DNA of 64,000 nucleotides, from the NCBI GenBank assembly GCA_963803705.1, contig CAWDNU010000003.1, forward strand, positions 256,001-320,000, written 5' to 3'. This DNA is from an uncultured Pseudobdellovibrionaceae bacterium (GTDB lineage: Bacteria; Bdellovibrionota; Bdellovibrionia; Bdellovibrionales; UBA1609). Every line of letters starts with the position of its first letter. The stretch's first letter is position 1. The translations under genes and the position numbers were made by a program. The notes beneath the pieces are model-generated. The model had not been told where the DNA came from. It did no database searches and saw only the letters and a program-made list of their open reading frames with translations. Positions 61,055 through 64,000 of the stretch are shown here, piece after piece.

Positions 61055-63184
61055 CTATTTGTCCGCCAGAATTATCTTAAGCAGATGACTTGCGGCTAAA
61101 GCGTCATCAAGTGCCCTATGGTGATTCTTTAGTTCGATGTCAAAGTAATTAGATAGGTTTTTTAAACCATACGATGTCAGTCCTTTTTTCTTTCTACGCA
61201 TCTCTGCACAAGTGCATAGTTTTTCTGCTCTGTAAAATAGTCCAACTCTTTTAAATTCAGATTGGATAAAGCTGTAATCAAAATTTACATTGTGCGCGAC
61301 AAAGATAGAATTTCCGCAAAATTCCTTAAACTCTTCTGCAATCTCACAAAACCTGGGCGCAGCAGACACCATCTGATTTGTAATACCTGTAAGTCTGGTT
61401 ATATTCTTAGGTATTAAAGCTTCTGGGTTAATTAAACTTTGGAACCTGCCAATTTCAACTCCACCTTTTATTTTAACTGCGCCGATCTCAGTGACACGAC
61501 TTTTATTGGCACTGCCACCAGTGGTTTCAACATCGATAACGACAAAAGTTTTCTGTACGCTTGGTTGCCAAACTGTTCTGATGAATTTAGCTTCAAACCT
61601 TGCTTCATTAAGGACCCTAATTTGTCTAAACTGCTTGTCTGATATCACATCACCCTCTGCTTTTACCTCTACGAAAATGACCTTATTGTTTTTAATATAG
61701 TATAGGTCCGGGTATCCACTTTTATTGTCGCTAAAGTTCATAGCCATATTTCTAAGTATTCGTCCTGGGTCAGCGTTTGTGCTAGCTTTAAGAAAATTTA
61801 TCAGTAGCTCGGCAGTAGAGAGGTGCCACTTAAAGACACCATTTTTAAATCCGTAGTTAGAACAAATAGTTTCTAGTATAAGGTGTTTTACTTTTTTAAA
61901 ATCTTTAAGGAGATCTATCTTTGATTCAATTTTAATTTGGCTTTGCTGGTAAAAAGTGTTTTTGATAAGACTTTCTGGCAGAAGGTCAAAATCACTGTGA
62001 AAAACCGTGTTAGAGCTAGAAAATAGCTCGTCCCAAAATAAAATACCAAATAAAGACGTCCATAAAAAGTTTTCGGACCTGTAAGCTTTGTAATTCAGCT
62101 TGGTGAAGTAGTTCTTCAAAGCTTTTTCCGGATTACTTTTAGAATCAATAACTATCGTTTCTGAACTCAGCAGCTTCTTCGTTTTAATAGATCTCTTGGC
62201 ACCACTAAATTTTAAATCTAAAAAGTTTTCTGCAACTAAAAGATGGTCTAAGCTTCTAGGTTTATCCAATTCTACGACAGCCAAATTATTTGCCTTATTT
62301 CTTTCAATCTTGTAGGTTTCGTTTAATAGTTTTTTAAAAATTTCGGAACTAAATCCCATAGATAACCAAGAAATTTTTTTATGCGCACCCATCGAGATTT
62401 GGTTGGACTTTAAAACTGATAAAATTAATTTATCCAGATCTAATTTATTTTCATCAGTTAAACTTGATTTTTCAATCAGATCAATAACTTCTTGGCATTT
62501 CAAATTCGCAGGTCTTTCAATCAAATCGACTTTTCTTAACTTTTTAAGTGTATAAGTCAGCTGGGCCTCTTCAATGTCCTTAAATCTCACAGAATGATCG
62601 GCTTTAAACTTATTTTTAGACCTCAAGCCTAAGTCACTTAAAGTTTGAATATTAAGATTTGTTTCATATCGACCGTAATACAAAAAGATAAAGTAATTTA
62701 AAATCTGTCTATCTATTGAAAAGTAATTATCTAAATCTTCAATATGCTGAAATTTTAAGGTTTGCTTAGCTGCTTCTAAAACCTCCGGTTTGGTCTTAGC
62801 TTGTAATAGTCTAGTAGTTGGCAATGGTAATTTTAAATATCTGAGCAGCTCGTTTTTAGTCAACGAATCAACAAATTTATCAAAGCTAAAAAAATCAATT
62901 TCTTTAATAAGATTTTGTTCTAGTAAAAACTTAGCAGATTTATTAGGATTTTTAATTTCATCATAAGAAATTTTTCTTAAACTAAATATATGCCCAGATC
63001 TATTAATCAGTCTTATAAAAAATTTTTTATCGTCAGTCTGTAAATCACTAATTTTGTCTAAAAAAAATTTCTGATCTAGAGAAATTAAATGCAAGCATTC
63101 GTTTCTAATATACTTTATAAAACTATCAAAATGTTTAACATAATAATCAGGTGGTAAGTTTTTAGAATATCTTTGCATTTTCAA
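61055..63184 (-). CDS. FAN1-like VRR-NUC nuclease fused to a DEDDh (DnaQ-like) 3'-5' exonuclease
   Basis: YYVKHF N-terminus, EN.LW..LFG.LFWD, SGYPDL...VEVKAEGD...Q; then IDVETTG, AHNVNFD, HHRALDDA. Confidence 0.88.
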   Translation of the reverse strand: MKMQRYSKNLPPDYYVKHFDSFIKYIRNECLHLISLDQKFFLDKISDLQTDDKKFFIRLINRSGHIFSLRKISYDEIKNPNKSAKFLLEQNLIKEIDFFSFDKFVDSLTKNELLRYLKLPLPTTRLLQAKTKPEVLEAAKQTLKFQHIEDLDNYFSIDRQILNYFIFLYYGRYETNLNIQTLSDLGLRSKNKFKADHSVRFKDIEEAQLTYTLKKLRKVDLIERPANLKCQEVIDLIEKSSLTDENKLDLDKLILSVLKSNQISMGAHKKISWLSMGFSSEIFKKLLNETYKIERNKANNLAVVELDKPRSLDHLLVAENFLDLKFSGAKRSIKTKKLLSSETIVIDSKSNPEKALKNYFTKLNYKAYRSENFLWTSLFGILFWDELFSSSNTVFHSDFDLLPESLIKNTFYQQSQIKIESKIDLLKDFKKVKHLILETICSNYGFKNGVFKWHLSTAELLINFLKASTNADPGRILRNMAMNFSDNKSGYPDLYYIKNNKVIFVEVKAEGDVISDKQFRQIRVLNEARFEAKFIRTVWQPSVQKTFVVIDVETTGGSANKSRVTEIGAVKIKGGVEIGRFQSLINPEALIPKNITRLTGITNQMVSAAPRFCEIAEEFKEFCGNSIFVAHNVNFDYSFIQSEFKRVGLFYRAEKLCTCAEMRRKKKGLTSYGLKNLSNYFDIELKNHHRALDDALAASHLLKIILADK

Positions 63185-63232
63185 ATTTCCATTCTAATCA
63201 AATTGACAGCAAGTCTAGAAAAGCTCATAAAG

Positions 63233-63253
63233 ACTTACATATAACTTACATAT
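63233..63253. promoter_or_regulatory. Direct repeat ACTTACATAT x2 in a divergent promoter; candidate operator
   Basis: ACTTACATAT-A-ACTTACATAT, spaced one helical turn apart, between the nuclease and the imuA-like gene. Confidence 0.4.
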
Positions 63254-63304
63254 TTAAACACCAATCTGTCAAATATGATATTATTGATTTTAAGGAGCTA
63301 AAAT

Positions 63305-63916
63305 TTGGGTCATGCACAAAATACTAATTTAAAAACCTTTAAATCTACTGAGCAGCTTCAGAGCCTAAGGCCTTTGAAATTTAATTCTGGTTTCACTAAA
63401 CTGGATAAGTACTTAGAACTATTGGATTTTCAATCTTCTACAGTTGAATTTGGTGCACCTTATGGTGCTTTCAGTAGGATAATTCCAAGTCTTTTTATTA
63501 AAGCATTTGATAGAAATACTTTATGGATTTCACAAAATACTGATTCTGATTTTTATCCCAAATTTTTCGGTAGCTTGGGCATTAAAATTAAAAGTTTATA
63601 CTTCACTAACGAACTTAAGTGTTCGAACACCATTAAAACTGCTGTTTTAGAAAACGCTTTTAATCTAATAGTTATCGATACGAAAGAGTTTCTATCTAAG
63701 TCTGATCTAAACTTCCTATTTAGCAATTCTAGAAAAAACAAAAGCACTTATTTGCTTTTAAGGCCTTATTATTTATCAAACCTAAATGGTAACCCATTTG
63801 CTAAATTTAGGTTTAATTCTTTTTTTTCGCTAAAATCTAATGAAATTACTTTTAAAACTATTAAAGGGGGACCAAAGACTAATCTGAATTTTAATATTAA
63901 CGAGTTGTACGAATGA
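63305..63916 (+). CDS. ImuA-like inactive RecA-fold protein
   Basis: SGFTKLD..L, VEFGAP, LWI, FNLIVID pattern of RecA-like folds with a degenerate Walker A; AAGGAG RBS; TTG start. Confidence 0.6.
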   Translation: MGHAQNTNLKTFKSTEQLQSLRPLKFNSGFTKLDKYLELLDFQSSTVEFGAPYGAFSRIIPSLFIKAFDRNTLWISQNTDSDFYPKFFGSLGIKIKSLYFTNELKCSNTIKTAVLENAFNLIVIDTKEFLSKSDLNFLFSNSRKNKSTYLLLRPYYLSNLNGNPFAKFRFNSFFSLKSNEITFKTIKGGPKTNLNFNINELYE

Positions 63917-64000
63917 ATAACGTAATATCATTATTTAACTACAATAGATTAACGTGTAGCGAATTCCCCTTTGTTGTATTTAGAACCACTAACACAGATA
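63913..64000 (+). CDS. Start of a translationally coupled gene, possibly ImuB-like; truncated
   Basis: ATGA overlap with the upstream stop and open to the window end. Identity is inferred only from context. Confidence 0.35.
   Translation, partial: MNNVISLFNYNRLTCSEFPFVVFRTTNTD

Overview
AT-rich bacterial chromosomal window. It is most likely from a Bdellovibrionota-like organism, inferred from gene order and protein style (ftsH-cdaA-cdaR-glmM, CglB-like vWA lipoprotein, ldcA-serine hydrolase-mpl-mutS-glnD-LuxR); no search was run. The first ~50 kb is mostly housekeeping: tilS/ftsH, cdaA/glmM, tsaE, an OxyR/peroxiredoxin-glutaredoxin cluster, iscS-mnmA, rnc-era-der, a purine operon, peptidoglycan recycling, mutS and glnD. 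The last ~14 kb is accessory: a xanthorhodopsin-type DTE proton pump with blh, a voltage-gated K+ channel, a radical SAM/DUF4130-UdgX pair, a frameshifted katE, a FAN1-like VRR-NUC/DEDDh fusion and an ImuA-like cassette start. Three features stand out. (1) A modular 36/60-bp repeat family built on a CACC-GNA-GGTG mini-hairpin sits in frame at three sites in two adjacent genes, mutS and glnD. (2) A perfect 85-bp inverted repeat joins a transporter 3' end to the msrA ribosome-binding site. (3) The rhodopsin+blh module has no crt genes in the window, in a probable predatory lineage. No rRNA, tRNA, CRISPR array or transposase was recognised.
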